Source: an uncultured Ruminococcus sp.
GTDB taxonomy: Bacteria > Bacillota > Clostridia > Oscillospirales > Acutalibacteraceae
Assembly: GCA_905235295.1 (NCBI GenBank)
Contig: CAJOLF010000008.1
Location: 1-50,683 of the forward strand
Direction of reading: 5' to 3'
DNA length: 50,683 nucleotides
The notes below the pieces were generated by a model. The model was not told the origin of the DNA. It did no database searches and saw nothing but the letters and a program-made list of their open reading frames with translations. This document shows positions 1 to 8,382 of this stretch, in pieces (the first letter of the stretch is position 1; each line of letters begins with the position of its first letter). A program made the translations under genes and the position numbers.

Positions 1-2
1 TT

Positions 3-221
3 TATCTCTACGCCGCCGAAAGGCTCAAGCTTAACCCTGCGGAATGTATCGCGCTTGAGGATTCGCCGAACGGCATACGTTCAGCTTCCGCCGCGGGCTG
101 CAAAACCATAATGATTCCCGACCTCGACCAACCAACAGAGGAAATCAAGCCCCTGCTTTTCGATATCGCGAACGGATTGGAAGATGTGATAAGGATAGCG
201 GAGACTTGCCGAGACCTGTAA
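3..221 (+). CDS. HAD-family phosphatase (beta-phosphoglucomutase-like), 3' part only; 5' end lies outside the window
   Basis: Manual translation from position 3: YLYAAERLKLNPAECIALEDSPNGIRSASAAGCKTIMIPDL...CRDL*. EDSxxG is HAD motif IV. Not in the ORF track. Confidence 0.85.
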   Translation, partial: YLYAAERLKLNPAECIALEDSPNGIRSASAAGCKTIMIPDLDQPTEEIKPLLFDIANGLEDVIRIAETCRDL

Positions 222-271
222 TCAAGAACAAAAGTCAAGTAACCAACAAACCTATGAAACGATTTAAAATA

Positions 272-405
272 AATGAAAACGCCCGATTGCTCGGGCGTTT
301 TCTGTCTGTAAAAAATGAGGGGTACAATCACGGGTCTCTGTGGCGACCCGTATTGAGGAGGGTAGAACAATATACTCGACGGTTGCGGTTCCGTCTTTTG
401 AGTAC
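272..405 (-). ncRNA. Candidate small regulatory RNA with two C-rich anti-SD motifs
   Basis: Minus strand order: -10-like TAATAT (415-410), hairpin 373-404, TACCCTCCTCA (364-354), hairpin 330-351, TACCCCTCA (324-316), terminator 276-301. No credible ORF. Confidence 0.5.
276..301. terminator. Bidirectional intrinsic terminator
   Basis: AAAACGCCCGA-TTGC-TCGGGCGTTTT, a perfect stem with A/T tracts on both sides. Confidence 0.8.
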
Positions 406-428
406 GTTTATATTAAACACCGCGAATA

Positions 429-465
429 TGAAAACTGTGTGAAGTTAATATGAATTTGTACTGAA
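429..465. promoter_or_regulatory. Four TGAA direct repeats at exact 11-bp period; putative OmpR/PhoB-type regulator site
   Basis: TGAA at 429, 440, 451 and 462 (AATATGAA, TGTGTGAA, AATATGAA, GTACTGAA), placed where the -35 of the minus-strand transcript would be. Confidence 0.45.
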
Positions 466-485
466 AAAAATTATTAAATTAATTT

Positions 486-524
486 GAACAAACGTTTGAT
501 TTTTCCGAAACATTGTGGTATAAT
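486..524 (+). promoter_or_regulatory. lexA promoter with overlapping LexA (Cheo/SOS) box
   Basis: GAACAAACGTTT (486-497) matches the Gram-positive GAAC-N4-GTTY box. It overlaps TTGATT (496-501), followed by 17 bp and TG-G-TATAAT (519-524). Confidence 0.75.
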
Positions 525-567
525 ACATATATAGAAATTTAAACCTTTTTATCAAAGCTTATTTTTA

Positions 568-600
568 AGGCAATACCGCAAATTTTTGTGTGCGGATTGC
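568..600. repeat. 33-bp imperfect palindromic repeat, copy 1 (family D)
   Basis: AGGCAATACCGCAAATTTTTGTGTGCGGATTGC, identical to 14075-14107. Confidence 0.9.
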
Positions 601-753
601 GCAGTAAGATTTTTCGTCAGATTGGACAAATAATCAGTTAGCGTACCGATTTTCGGGCAAGATGACGGAATAATATTCATACCCAAAAGGGCACTTAGCA
701 AGGCGCGCGCCGCGAATTGCGCGGTGTTGCTTTAAGGCAAAGGATGTGCGAAA

Positions 754-1341
754 ATGAAACAACTGAGCAAAAGCCAAACCAAAATTCTTGAATATCTAAA
801 GGAATGTTCCGAGTACGGCAGAGTTCCGTCCGTGCGCGAAATTTGCGAGAACACGGGACTTAGCTCAACCTCAACCGTCCACTACCATCTGAAGCACCTT
901 GAGGACAAGGGCTACATCGTTCGCGAGCACGGAGTAAACAGGTGTATTCAGATTACAGGCGGGGAAAAGAGCGTCAGCGTTCCGGTGCTCGGCAAAGTTG
1001 CCGCCGGAAATCCGATTTTGGCGATTGAGGACATAGAATGTTATGTTCCCGTGCCCGAGCGCCTAAAGCGCGGCCGCGAGCTTTTCGCCCTCAGGGTTCA
1101 GGGAGAAAGTATGATTAACGCGGGAATCCTTGATAACGACATCGTAATCGTCAACCGCACTCCCGTCGCCGAAAACGGAGAGATTGTCGTCGCTCTTGTG
1201 GACGACAGTGCCACCGTTAAACGGTTTTATAAGGAAAACGGCCACTTCAGGCTCCAGCCTGAAAACGACGCGTACAACCCGATTATTGTTGATGAAGTCG
1301 TACTGCTCGGCAAGGTGATTTCTTTAATCAGAAACTACTGA
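754..1341 (+). CDS. lexA: SOS transcriptional repressor LexA
   Basis: N-terminal wHTH (PSVREIC...SSTSTVHYHL), VAAG cleavage site, GESM catalytic Ser, ATVKRF catalytic Lys. Confidence 0.97.
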   Translation: MKQLSKSQTKILEYLKECSEYGRVPSVREICENTGLSSTSTVHYHLKHLEDKGYIVREHGVNRCIQITGGEKSVSVPVLGKVAAGNPILAIEDIECYVPVPERLKRGRELFALRVQGESMINAGILDNDIVIVNRTPVAENGEIVVALVDDSATVKRFYKENGHFRLQPENDAYNPIIVDEVVLLGKVISLIRNY

Positions 1342-1383
1342 CAATGATTTTGCGCCGCTTGGCGGTTGGAGGTTTATTTTTCA

Positions 1384-1950
1384 ATGCAGACAGTTTGTGT
1401 GTTCGGTTCCTCGAGCGAAACGATTGACAGGGAATTTCTCGATTCCGCCGAAAGTCTCGGAAGAGCGCTCGCAAAGCACGGAAAAAAAGTTATTTTCGGA
1501 GCCGGACGCTATGGAGTTATGGGCGCGGTCGCAAGGGGCGTGACAGCCGAAAAAGGCACGCTTATCGGCGTAAGCCCAAGGTTTTTTATAGATATGAACG
1601 TTTTGGTCGAAAACGCGAGCGAGATGGTGTACACCGACACTATGCGCGAGCGCAAGGCGTATATGGAGGATAATTCCGAAGCTTTCATAATCTGCGCGGG
1701 AGGCATCGGAACCTTTGAGGAATTCTTTGAGGTGCTGACGCTAAAGCAGCTTGGAAGGCACTCAAATCCGATTATTATTTATAACTGTATGGGCTACTAC
1801 AACGACCTGATTTCAATGATGAACGCCTCAATCAGCAAGGGCTTTATGAGCGAAAAGATAAACAAGCTCTATTCCGTTGCCGATACCGAGGAAGAAATTT
1901 TTAAGCAGCTCGAGGAATACGAGGCGTTTTTGTACAACAAGTACGAATGA
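1384..1950 (+). CDS. LOG-family (TIGR00730-like) nucleotide phosphoribohydrolase
   Basis: VCVFGSS, G(V)MGAVA, MRERK and GGIGTFEE motifs. ATG at 1384 follows GGAGG. Confidence 0.9.
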   Translation: MQTVCVFGSSSETIDREFLDSAESLGRALAKHGKKVIFGAGRYGVMGAVARGVTAEKGTLIGVSPRFFIDMNVLVENASEMVYTDTMRERKAYMEDNSEAFIICAGGIGTFEEFFEVLTLKQLGRHSNPIIIYNCMGYYNDLISMMNASISKGFMSEKINKLYSVADTEEEIFKQLEEYEAFLYNKYE

Positions 1951-1959
1951 GGAGGATAT

Positions 1960-2133
1960 ATGGCTGATATTTGCGAGATGTGCGCTCACTTTGTTGCCGA
2001 CGACGAGCTCGGCGATTACTGTTCGGTCAGTCTTGACGAGGACGAGATGGAAAAATTCCTGACACAAAACGTCAAGGGCTGCAGCTATTTTCAGCTTTAT
2101 GACGAGTATAAAATCGTTCAAAAACAAAATTAA
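1960..2133 (+). CDS. Small Cys-containing conserved protein (DUF6472-like), 57 aa
   Basis: Manual translation MADICEMCAHFVADDELGDYCSVSLDEDEMEKFLTQNVKGCSYFQLYDEYKIVQKQN*, with strong GGAGG RBS. Too short for the ORF track. Family name is from recall. Confidence 0.8.
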   Translation: MADICEMCAHFVADDELGDYCSVSLDEDEMEKFLTQNVKGCSYFQLYDEYKIVQKQN

Positions 2134-2220
2134 ACCGCTTGTATATTCATTCGGTAAAATGCAGGGTTCGGTTTTGACCGAGCCCTGCAATTCAAATGGG
2201 ATATAAAAGGTCGTGACAAA

Positions 2221-2555
2221 ATGTCCGGGAAAAGCTTTTATAATAAGGTATATGACGCGGTACTCAAAATTCCGAAAGGAAAGGTCGCAACCTACGGACA
2301 GGTTGCCGCTGCCGCGGGCAACGGCGGAGCCGCCCGGGCAGTTGGCAACGCGCTCCACGTAAATCCGTTGTTCGGCGTGGTGCCGTGCCACAGGGTTGTT
2401 AACGCAAAGGGAATGCTCGCGCCGGGCTTCTGCTCGCGCCGGGCTTCGCTTTCGGAGGAGCAAAGGCGCAAAGGGAGTTGCTTGAAGCCGAGGGCGTTGA
2501 GGTGGTTGATAACCGCGTCGACCTCAAAAGGTATCAGGCGAGAAGCCTGGACTGA
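2221..2555 (+). pseudogene. O6-alkylguanine DNA methyltransferase (MGMT/Ogt-like), frameshifted by a 17-bp tandem duplication
   Basis: IPKGKVATYGQVA, ARAVG and PCHRVV motifs. TGCTCGCGCCGGGCTTC occurs at 2414-2430 and 2431-2447; removing one copy restores ...FAFGGAKAQRELLEAEGVEVVDNRVDLKRYQARSLD* (TGA 2553-2555). Confidence 0.88.
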
Positions 2556-2699
2556 GGCTCGGAGAGCCGCCGCGTTATTTGATGAAAATTAAGGCGAAAA
2601 AATTTTGTTTCGCGGAATTTGCATTTTTTTGAGTTATGTGCTACAATATCAGAAGCGGAAAACGCTGTTGATTGTGTGAATAATTTAACTGGTGATTTA

Positions 2700-3506
2700 A
2701 TGGAATACAAATTAATCGCGGTTGACCTTGACGGTACACTCACAAACTCTAAAAAGGAAGTTTCTCCACGTAACCGCTACGCTCTGCTTGAGGCTCAGGC
2801 AAAAGGGAAAAAGGTTATCATCACCTCGGGCAGACACCCTATGGGAGTCAAAGATATAGCTGAGGATTTGATGCTTGGGCGCTACGGCGGATTTATTATG
2901 GCGTTTAACGGCGGAAAAATTATCGACTGCCAAACAGGGCAGACTGTTGAGAGCAAGTTGTTCCCGCTCGAATATCTCAGCGACGTTGTCAGCGTACTCT
3001 CGGATTTTAACGTTACCGTAATGACCTTTGACGACAAAAAAATTTACGCGAACAACAAGGTTAACGACTACACTAACGTTGAAAGCGAGATACTCAAGAC
3101 CGATATGCTGGTTGTTGACGATTTTGTTTCGGCGGTTAAGTTTGACATCAACAAGCTTTTGATTGCCGGCGAACCCGACGAGCTTGATACCTGCCGGACG
3201 CTGCTGAAAAAACGCTATGACGGCTTGCTCGATATGTATAAAAGCGCTCCGTACTTTCTGGAGATTATGCCGTTCGGAGTTTCCAAGGGCTCTGCGCTCG
3301 CCCGTCTGCTGCCGAAAATCGGCGTAGAAAGGGAAGAAGTGATTGCCTTTGGCGATAATTACAACGATATGACGATGATCGGCTACGCCGGAATGGGCGT
3401 CGCAATGAGCAACGGCGAGGACGAGGTGAAGAAAATCGCCTCGTACATCTGCGAGTCAAATGATGACGACGGAGTAGCCAAAACAATAGAAAAGTTTGTT
3501 TTATAA
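2700..3506 (+). CDS. Cof-type HAD-IIB hydrolase
   Basis: DLDGTL motif I, TSGR, SKG, AFGDNYNDMTM and NDDDGVA. ATG at 2700. Confidence 0.93.
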   Translation: MEYKLIAVDLDGTLTNSKKEVSPRNRYALLEAQAKGKKVIITSGRHPMGVKDIAEDLMLGRYGGFIMAFNGGKIIDCQTGQTVESKLFPLEYLSDVVSVLSDFNVTVMTFDDKKIYANNKVNDYTNVESEILKTDMLVVDDFVSAVKFDINKLLIAGEPDELDTCRTLLKKRYDGLLDMYKSAPYFLEIMPFGVSKGSALARLLPKIGVEREEVIAFGDNYNDMTMIGYAGMGVAMSNGEDEVKKIASYICESNDDDGVAKTIEKFVL

Positions 3507-3529
3507 CCCCGGGGAGCTAAAGCTCCTGC
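3505..3529 (+). repeat. Partial (left-arm) copy of repeat family B
   Basis: AACCCCGGGGAGCTAAAGCTCCTGC resembles AAACTCCGGAGAGCGAAAGCTCCCGC at 28489-28514. Confidence 0.55.
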
Positions 3530-3567
3530 GGAGAGATTGCTTAATAGCAGCCGATTTAAAAACAGAT

Positions 3568-3603
3568 AAAACCCGCGGACAGAATAATTTGTCCGCGGGT
3601 TTT
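3568..3603. terminator. Intrinsic terminator
   Basis: AAAACCCGCGGACAGA...TTTGTCCGCGGGTTTT. Confidence 0.8.
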
Positions 3604-3736
3604 CGTTAAATTGAACAAAATAATACGCTAATATTTGGCAGCTGCGAAAAAATATAATTCTAAAATAGAATAAATGCGCAGAACGGTTCGTTTATAATAT
3701 ATTTGTATATTTAGACTTTTATAAGGAGGAGTATCT

Positions 3737-5968
3737 ATGGCGAAATTCAAGAAGATTCTCGCTCTTGTTCTGACGCTTTGCGTAGTCTGCACAATCGGCA
3801 TTGTTTCGGTTAACTCCGCGGAGCTTGCTCAGGACGGGGACGCTGAAGTCAGCGCGGGCGGAATCACAGTACACTTCTACTGCGAAAGCGGTACACCGTA
3901 TATTTATTATTGGAACAGCCTGCCGCAAAACATCCAGACAACTTATCCCGGCAAGGCGATGACCGCTGAGGGCAGCAATTACTACAAGTACACCTTTAGC
4001 GATGTTACAAAAATAAATATGCTCTTTATTGTAAACGGCGTTCAGTCCGACGAGCTTACAAGGAACACCGGCGAATGGTGGTACAAGGATAAGCGCTGGT
4101 ACAACCACGATCCCGGTCAGGCAGACACCTGGGACCGCACCGATATGCGCGAGGACTCGATTTATTTTGTAATCACAACCCGCTTTTATGACGGCGATAC
4201 CGGCAACAATGTTCACTGCTGGGATGATAAAACCGCCAACAATCCCGATTCCGACCCTGCGTGGAGAGGCGATTTTAAGGGCTTGATTGACAAGCTTGAC
4301 TATATAAAGGCGCTCGGCTTCTCGGCAATTTGGATTACCCCTGTTGTAGAGAACGCCTCGGGCTATGACTACCACGGATACCACGCCTTTGATTTTTCAA
4401 AGGTTGATCCGCGTTACGAGAGCAGCGATACCGACTATCAGGCGCTGATTGACGCGGTTCACGCAAAGGGTATGAAGATTATCCAGGATATTGTTTGGAA
4501 CCATACGGGCAACTTCGGCGAAAACACGCTCTGCCACATGTTCGACAAAAAATATAACAAAATCCAGGATTTGGCGAACCTTAGCTGTATGGAGCTTAAT
4601 CCCGACGGACCGCTTGCGAAGAATTATCCCAACTATCCCAACGTACAGGACGAGTATCAGGCAAGACTTGCTTGTATGAAGACCGATAAAATCGACAACA
4701 CCTTTAACTACCACCACTCGGCGGATATGAGCTATGAGTCATACACCGAGCAGACCGGTCAGATGGCAGGCGACTGCGTAGACATCAACACCGAGAAGCA
4801 GGAGGTTGCGGATTACCTTACCTCGACCTACAAAGAGTATGTTAATATGGGCGTTGACGCTTTCAGACTTGATACCGAAAAGCACATCAGCCGCTGGACG
4901 CTTAACCACGCTTTCTTCCCGAAGTTCAAGGACGTTGAAAACTTCTTTATCTTCGGCGAGGTTTGCGCGCGTGTACGCGACGTATGGAATCACGGTATTC
5001 AGGCGGATTCGTGTCCGTTCTACGGTTGGGCGGAGACCGAAAGCAAGTGGATGAACAACTGGTCAACCACAAACTGGAAGTCGAACTACGACAACGCGAT
5101 TGCCCACTTTACGGCTCACTCAAACGCTGACGGCGCTCCAACATCAACCAACGCGTTCCTCAACGGAACAACCTACCACAACCCCGACTACAGCAAGTCA
5201 AACGGAACCGGTGTAATCGACTTCTCAATGCACTGGAACTTTGACACCGCGAATGACGCGTATAACGCGGCGCTCAACGAGGACAAATACTTTAACGATT
5301 CCACATGGAACGTAATGTATGTTGACTCGCACGACTACGCTCCCGACAGCCAGCAGACCGTTCGCTTTAACGGCGGCACTCAGACCTGGGCGGAGAATAT
5401 GGATCTTATGTTTACCTTCCGCGGAATCCCCTGCATCTACTACGGTTCGGAAATTGAGTTCCAAAAGGGCTGCGTAATCGACGTAGGTCCTAACAAGCCT
5501 CTTGCGGAAACAGGACGCGCGTACTACGGCGATAAACTCGCGGGTTCGGTAACAGCCACAGATTTCAGCAAATACACCGCAAGCGGCACGGTTGCCACAA
5601 CCCTCAACTCAACCCTTAGCAAGCACCTGCAAAAGCTCAACGCTATCAGAAGAGCTGTTCCAGCGCTCCAAAAGGGTCAGTACACAACCTCCAACGTATC
5701 AAACAGCAATATGGCGTTTACACGCCGCTACACCAAAAACGGCGTAGACAGCCTTGCGTGCGTCGCAATCTCCGGCGGAGCAACCTTCAGCAATGTTCCC
5801 AACGGCAAGTATATTGACGCCGTAACAGGCGACACAATCACTGTTTCGGGCAACAAGCTCACCGTTCCTTCCATCGGTAAGGCAAATATGAGAGTTTATG
5901 TATGCTGCGCTTCCGGATTTAAGGGAATTTCAGGCAAAATCGGCGACACAGGCTCATATCTCAAATAA
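3737..5968 (+). CDS. Secreted GH13 alpha-amylase with N-terminal starch-binding module (CBM26-like)
   Basis: Signal peptide, then PYIYYW...YPG starch-binding module. GH13 motifs GGD-like GDFKGL, YHGYH, DIVWNH, FRLDTEKH, GEV and YVDSHD. Confidence 0.92.
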   Translation: MAKFKKILALVLTLCVVCTIGIVSVNSAELAQDGDAEVSAGGITVHFYCESGTPYIYYWNSLPQNIQTTYPGKAMTAEGSNYYKYTFSDVTKINMLFIVNGVQSDELTRNTGEWWYKDKRWYNHDPGQADTWDRTDMREDSIYFVITTRFYDGDTGNNVHCWDDKTANNPDSDPAWRGDFKGLIDKLDYIKALGFSAIWITPVVENASGYDYHGYHAFDFSKVDPRYESSDTDYQALIDAVHAKGMKIIQDIVWNHTGNFGENTLCHMFDKKYNKIQDLANLSCMELNPDGPLAKNYPNYPNVQDEYQARLACMKTDKIDNTFNYHHSADMSYESYTEQTGQMAGDCVDINTEKQEVADYLTSTYKEYVNMGVDAFRLDTEKHISRWTLNHAFFPKFKDVENFFIFGEVCARVRDVWNHGIQADSCPFYGWAETESKWMNNWSTTNWKSNYDNAIAHFTAHSNADGAPTSTNAFLNGTTYHNPDYSKSNGTGVIDFSMHWNFDTANDAYNAALNEDKYFNDSTWNVMYVDSHDYAPDSQQTVRFNGGTQTWAENMDLMFTFRGIPCIYYGSEIEFQKGCVIDVGPNKPLAETGRAYYGDKLAGSVTATDFSKYTASGTVATTLNSTLSKHLQKLNAIRRAVPALQKGQYTTSNVSNSNMAFTRRYTKNGVDSLACVAISGGATFSNVPNGKYIDAVTGDTITVSGNKLTVPSIGKANMRVYVCCASGFKGISGKIGDTGSYLK

Positions 5969-5986
5969 TAAATACTCCTAAAAGAT

Positions 5987-6029
5987 AAAGCACTTTTGAC
6001 CTTCTTTTGAAAGCCAAAAGTGCTTTTTT
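5987..6029 (+). terminator. Intrinsic terminator of the amylase gene
   Basis: AAAGCACTTTTG...CAAAAGTGCTTTTTT. Confidence 0.75.
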
Positions 6030-6031
6030 AT

Positions 6032-6083
6032 TGTATAAGGAACTCCTGCGTTTTGATCCCGCCGTTACAGAAACATTGCCGCG
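6032..6083 (+). repeat. About 50-bp terminator-adjacent repeat, copy 1 (family A)
   Basis: TGTATAAGGAACTCCTGCGTTTTGATCCCGCCGTTACAGAAACATTGCCGCG aligns without gaps to 38941 and 49227. Confidence 0.88.
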
Positions 6084-6087
6084 TATA

Positions 6088-7368
6088 TTATTGTAAAATC
6101 ATAGGTTCTCCTAAGCACTGAACACCGCCGCGGAAAACCTCAACTCTGTTTCCGTCAATCAGGTTTGTATAGAATCCGTCGTCAAGCGGAACGCTGACAA
6201 ATCCGCTTTCTCCGTTAAGCGGGAATACTCCCGCGATAACCTTATCTCCGCTCGTGTGGGAAGCGGCCAGTGTGTTGCTGCCGACGGCTTTAACGCTGTA
6301 AACGCTGTCGGTAAACACGGCGGATTTTTTTATTTCGGCGAGCTTTGCGATATAATCTGAGAGGTCAACGCCGTTCGGCTTCATCTCAATCGTGTCCTTG
6401 TCAAAAAGGCTCGGCAGGTGAGAAGCCCCATATTCCTGACCGTTATAAACGAGCGCCATTCCCTTTTGGAAAAACATAAACGTTGTCCAGCTCTTTAGCG
6501 CCCCGGCATCGGGGATTAAAAACCTCGCCCTTGCCTGGTCGTGGTTTTCAAGGAACCTGAGCTTAACGTAATTGTCGGGATAGATGTACTCCTGCCTGTT
6601 GATAGCTTCGGCGTATTCCGACAGGGGAGCCTCTCCGCGGATATATGACGTAAAGTCACCGTAGCAATCGTAATCATAGCTCATATCAAACGCTTGGAAA
6701 ATTTCCGAGTCCGAAAGTGCGGTAAGACCTCTGCCGCGCATGTGCAAAATAAACTGAGGTTCAACCGATTCGCTCAGCCACAGACAGCCGGGACGGACCT
6801 TTTCCACCTCGGCGCGCGCGTACTGCCAAAATTCAAGCGGAATAAGCGGAGCAACGTCGCAGCGGAAGCCGTCGACAATCTCCGCCCAAAATTTCAGGGT
6901 TTCTGTCTGATATTCCCACAAGCCCCTGTTTGAGTAATCAAGGTCGATGATGTCGCTCCAGTCGCCGACGCGGTTTCCGAAGGAACCGTCGGGACGGTGA
7001 TAAAACCACTCCGAGTGTTCGCTTTTGAGCACAGAGTCGGGCGAGGTGTGGTTGTAAACCACGTCAATTATGCACTTCATACCAAGCCCGTGAATAGCGT
7101 CAACAAGCTCGCGGAAATCATCAAGCGTGCCGAATTCGGGATTTACCGCGCGATAGTCGCGGATTGCGTAGGGCGAACCCAGGCTGCCCTTGCGCTGCTC
7201 GCTTCCGATAGGATGAATCGGCATAAACCAGATTACGTCCGTGCCCAAAGCCTTGATTCGTTCAAGCTTGTCCTTAACCGCGGAAAAAGTGCCTTCCTCG
7301 CTGAAGTTGCGAACAAAAACCTGGTACATCATTTGATTTCTAAGGGTTTTGGATGTATTTGCCGCCAT
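6088..7368 (-). CDS. Cytoplasmic GH13 alpha-amylase family protein
   Basis: YQVFVRNF, GSPYAIRDY, DVVYNH, GFRCDVAP and FLENHD. No signal peptide. ATG at 7368 follows AAGGAG. Confidence 0.92.
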   Translation of the reverse strand: MAANTSKTLRNQMMYQVFVRNFSEEGTFSAVKDKLERIKALGTDVIWFMPIHPIGSEQRKGSLGSPYAIRDYRAVNPEFGTLDDFRELVDAIHGLGMKCIIDVVYNHTSPDSVLKSEHSEWFYHRPDGSFGNRVGDWSDIIDLDYSNRGLWEYQTETLKFWAEIVDGFRCDVAPLIPLEFWQYARAEVEKVRPGCLWLSESVEPQFILHMRGRGLTALSDSEIFQAFDMSYDYDCYGDFTSYIRGEAPLSEYAEAINRQEYIYPDNYVKLRFLENHDQARARFLIPDAGALKSWTTFMFFQKGMALVYNGQEYGASHLPSLFDKDTIEMKPNGVDLSDYIAKLAEIKKSAVFTDSVYSVKAVGSNTLAASHTSGDKVIAGVFPLNGESGFVSVPLDDGFYTNLIDGNRVEVFRGGVQCLGEPMILQ

Positions 7369-7435
7369 AAAATCAACTCCTTTAAAAATATGAAATAAGC
7401 GTGAACTCAAACGGGCTCACGCTTTTATAATTTCT

Positions 7436-8227
7436 TTACCAACGGTCAAAAAATCTGACGCCCTGATAGCTCAAAATAAAATTCTGACTTTCGTGGAACG
7501 AGCTGGTAACCAGATACGGGTTGTACATATACAGCAGCCTGTGCTGAACCGCGTCGTGATTGTCGTCAAAAATATACCTGACAGCCTGACGGCAAGCGTC
7601 GTTTGTACCCATAGAAGTGCTGCCGTCATAGCGGCAGTATTTGATGACGTCCTCAACGGTTGTGTAGCCGTCAAAGCACATAGCGTCCTTGACCGACTGA
7701 GCAATCAGCGCCGCTCCGATAAAACCGCCTGTTCCGAACTCGCCCATGCAAAGGCGTTCGAGCAAATCGCGGTCTTCGTCTGTAAGGGTTACGGTTGAGG
7801 TAGAGTAAGAGTAGTCGGGGTTGTCAATCGCCAAAAGGTAACCCGCGTCCCACTGAGCTTGGTAATCGGCGGGCGTGTCCGGCACAATCGCCTTTGCGAA
7901 CGGAACAGGGGGCTCCATGGTTGTGGTTTGCGCTTTGGTTGCCTGAGTAGCGGAGGCCGTGGAGTTTGGCTGGGAAGACGCCGCGCTCGCCGGCGGCGAG
8001 CTAACCGCCGCGGTTGACAGCGGCTCGGTGTCGGCGTTGTTTATCAGCTCTTCGGAATTTGGATTAACGTTTGAAGCGGTAATCTCTCCGCTGCCGTCGG
8101 AGGAGGGAGCGCCGAAATTAAAAATCGACAGCACTGCCAAAGCGGCAACCACCAGCACAACAGCCGAAATCATAAGCGCGCGATTGTGCTTAATAAAAAA
8201 ATCTTTTAATATATTCAATATCTTCAA
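7436..8227 (-). CDS. Membrane-anchored protein with Ser/Thr/Ala linker and SleB/cell-wall-hydrolase-like C-terminal domain
   Basis: N-terminal TM helix and low-complexity linker. DRDLLERLCMGE...ALIAQSV resembles the SleB catalytic-Glu helix. Upstream TTGATA-17-TATAAT. Confidence 0.6.
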   Translation of the reverse strand: MKILNILKDFFIKHNRALMISAVVLVVAALAVLSIFNFGAPSSDGSGEITASNVNPNSEELINNADTEPLSTAAVSSPPASAASSQPNSTASATQATKAQTTTMEPPVPFAKAIVPDTPADYQAQWDAGYLLAIDNPDYSYSTSTVTLTDEDRDLLERLCMGEFGTGGFIGAALIAQSVKDAMCFDGYTTVEDVIKYCRYDGSTSMGTNDACRQAVRYIFDDNHDAVQHRLLYMYNPYLVTSSFHESQNFILSYQGVRFFDRW

Positions 8228-8302
8228 TAGACTTCACCTAACATACAAGTGCTTTTTTGCATATAACTAATTATATCACAAATCTTTGAATCTATCAAGT
8301 AG

Positions 8303-8346
8303 AACAATTCACCTGTGTCAAGCAAGCTTGCTTAGGGTAAAAAAAG
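8303..8346 (+). repeat. Repeat family B copy
   Basis: AACAATTCACCTGTGTCAAGCAAGCTTGCTTAGGG, similar to 24054, 26570, 28536 and 30161. Confidence 0.75.
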
Positions 8347-8382
8347 AACTGCCAATGGGCAGCTCTTGTAAACAATATGATT

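Noticed and set aside
2431-2592. Track C-terminus of the MGMT ORF (CSRRASLSEE...)
   Set aside because: It is the out-of-frame product of the 17-bp duplication.
6032-6083. Family A repeat as a group IIC intron remnant
   Set aside because: The position after terminators fits, but there is no GTGCG 5' end, domain V motif or RT gene.
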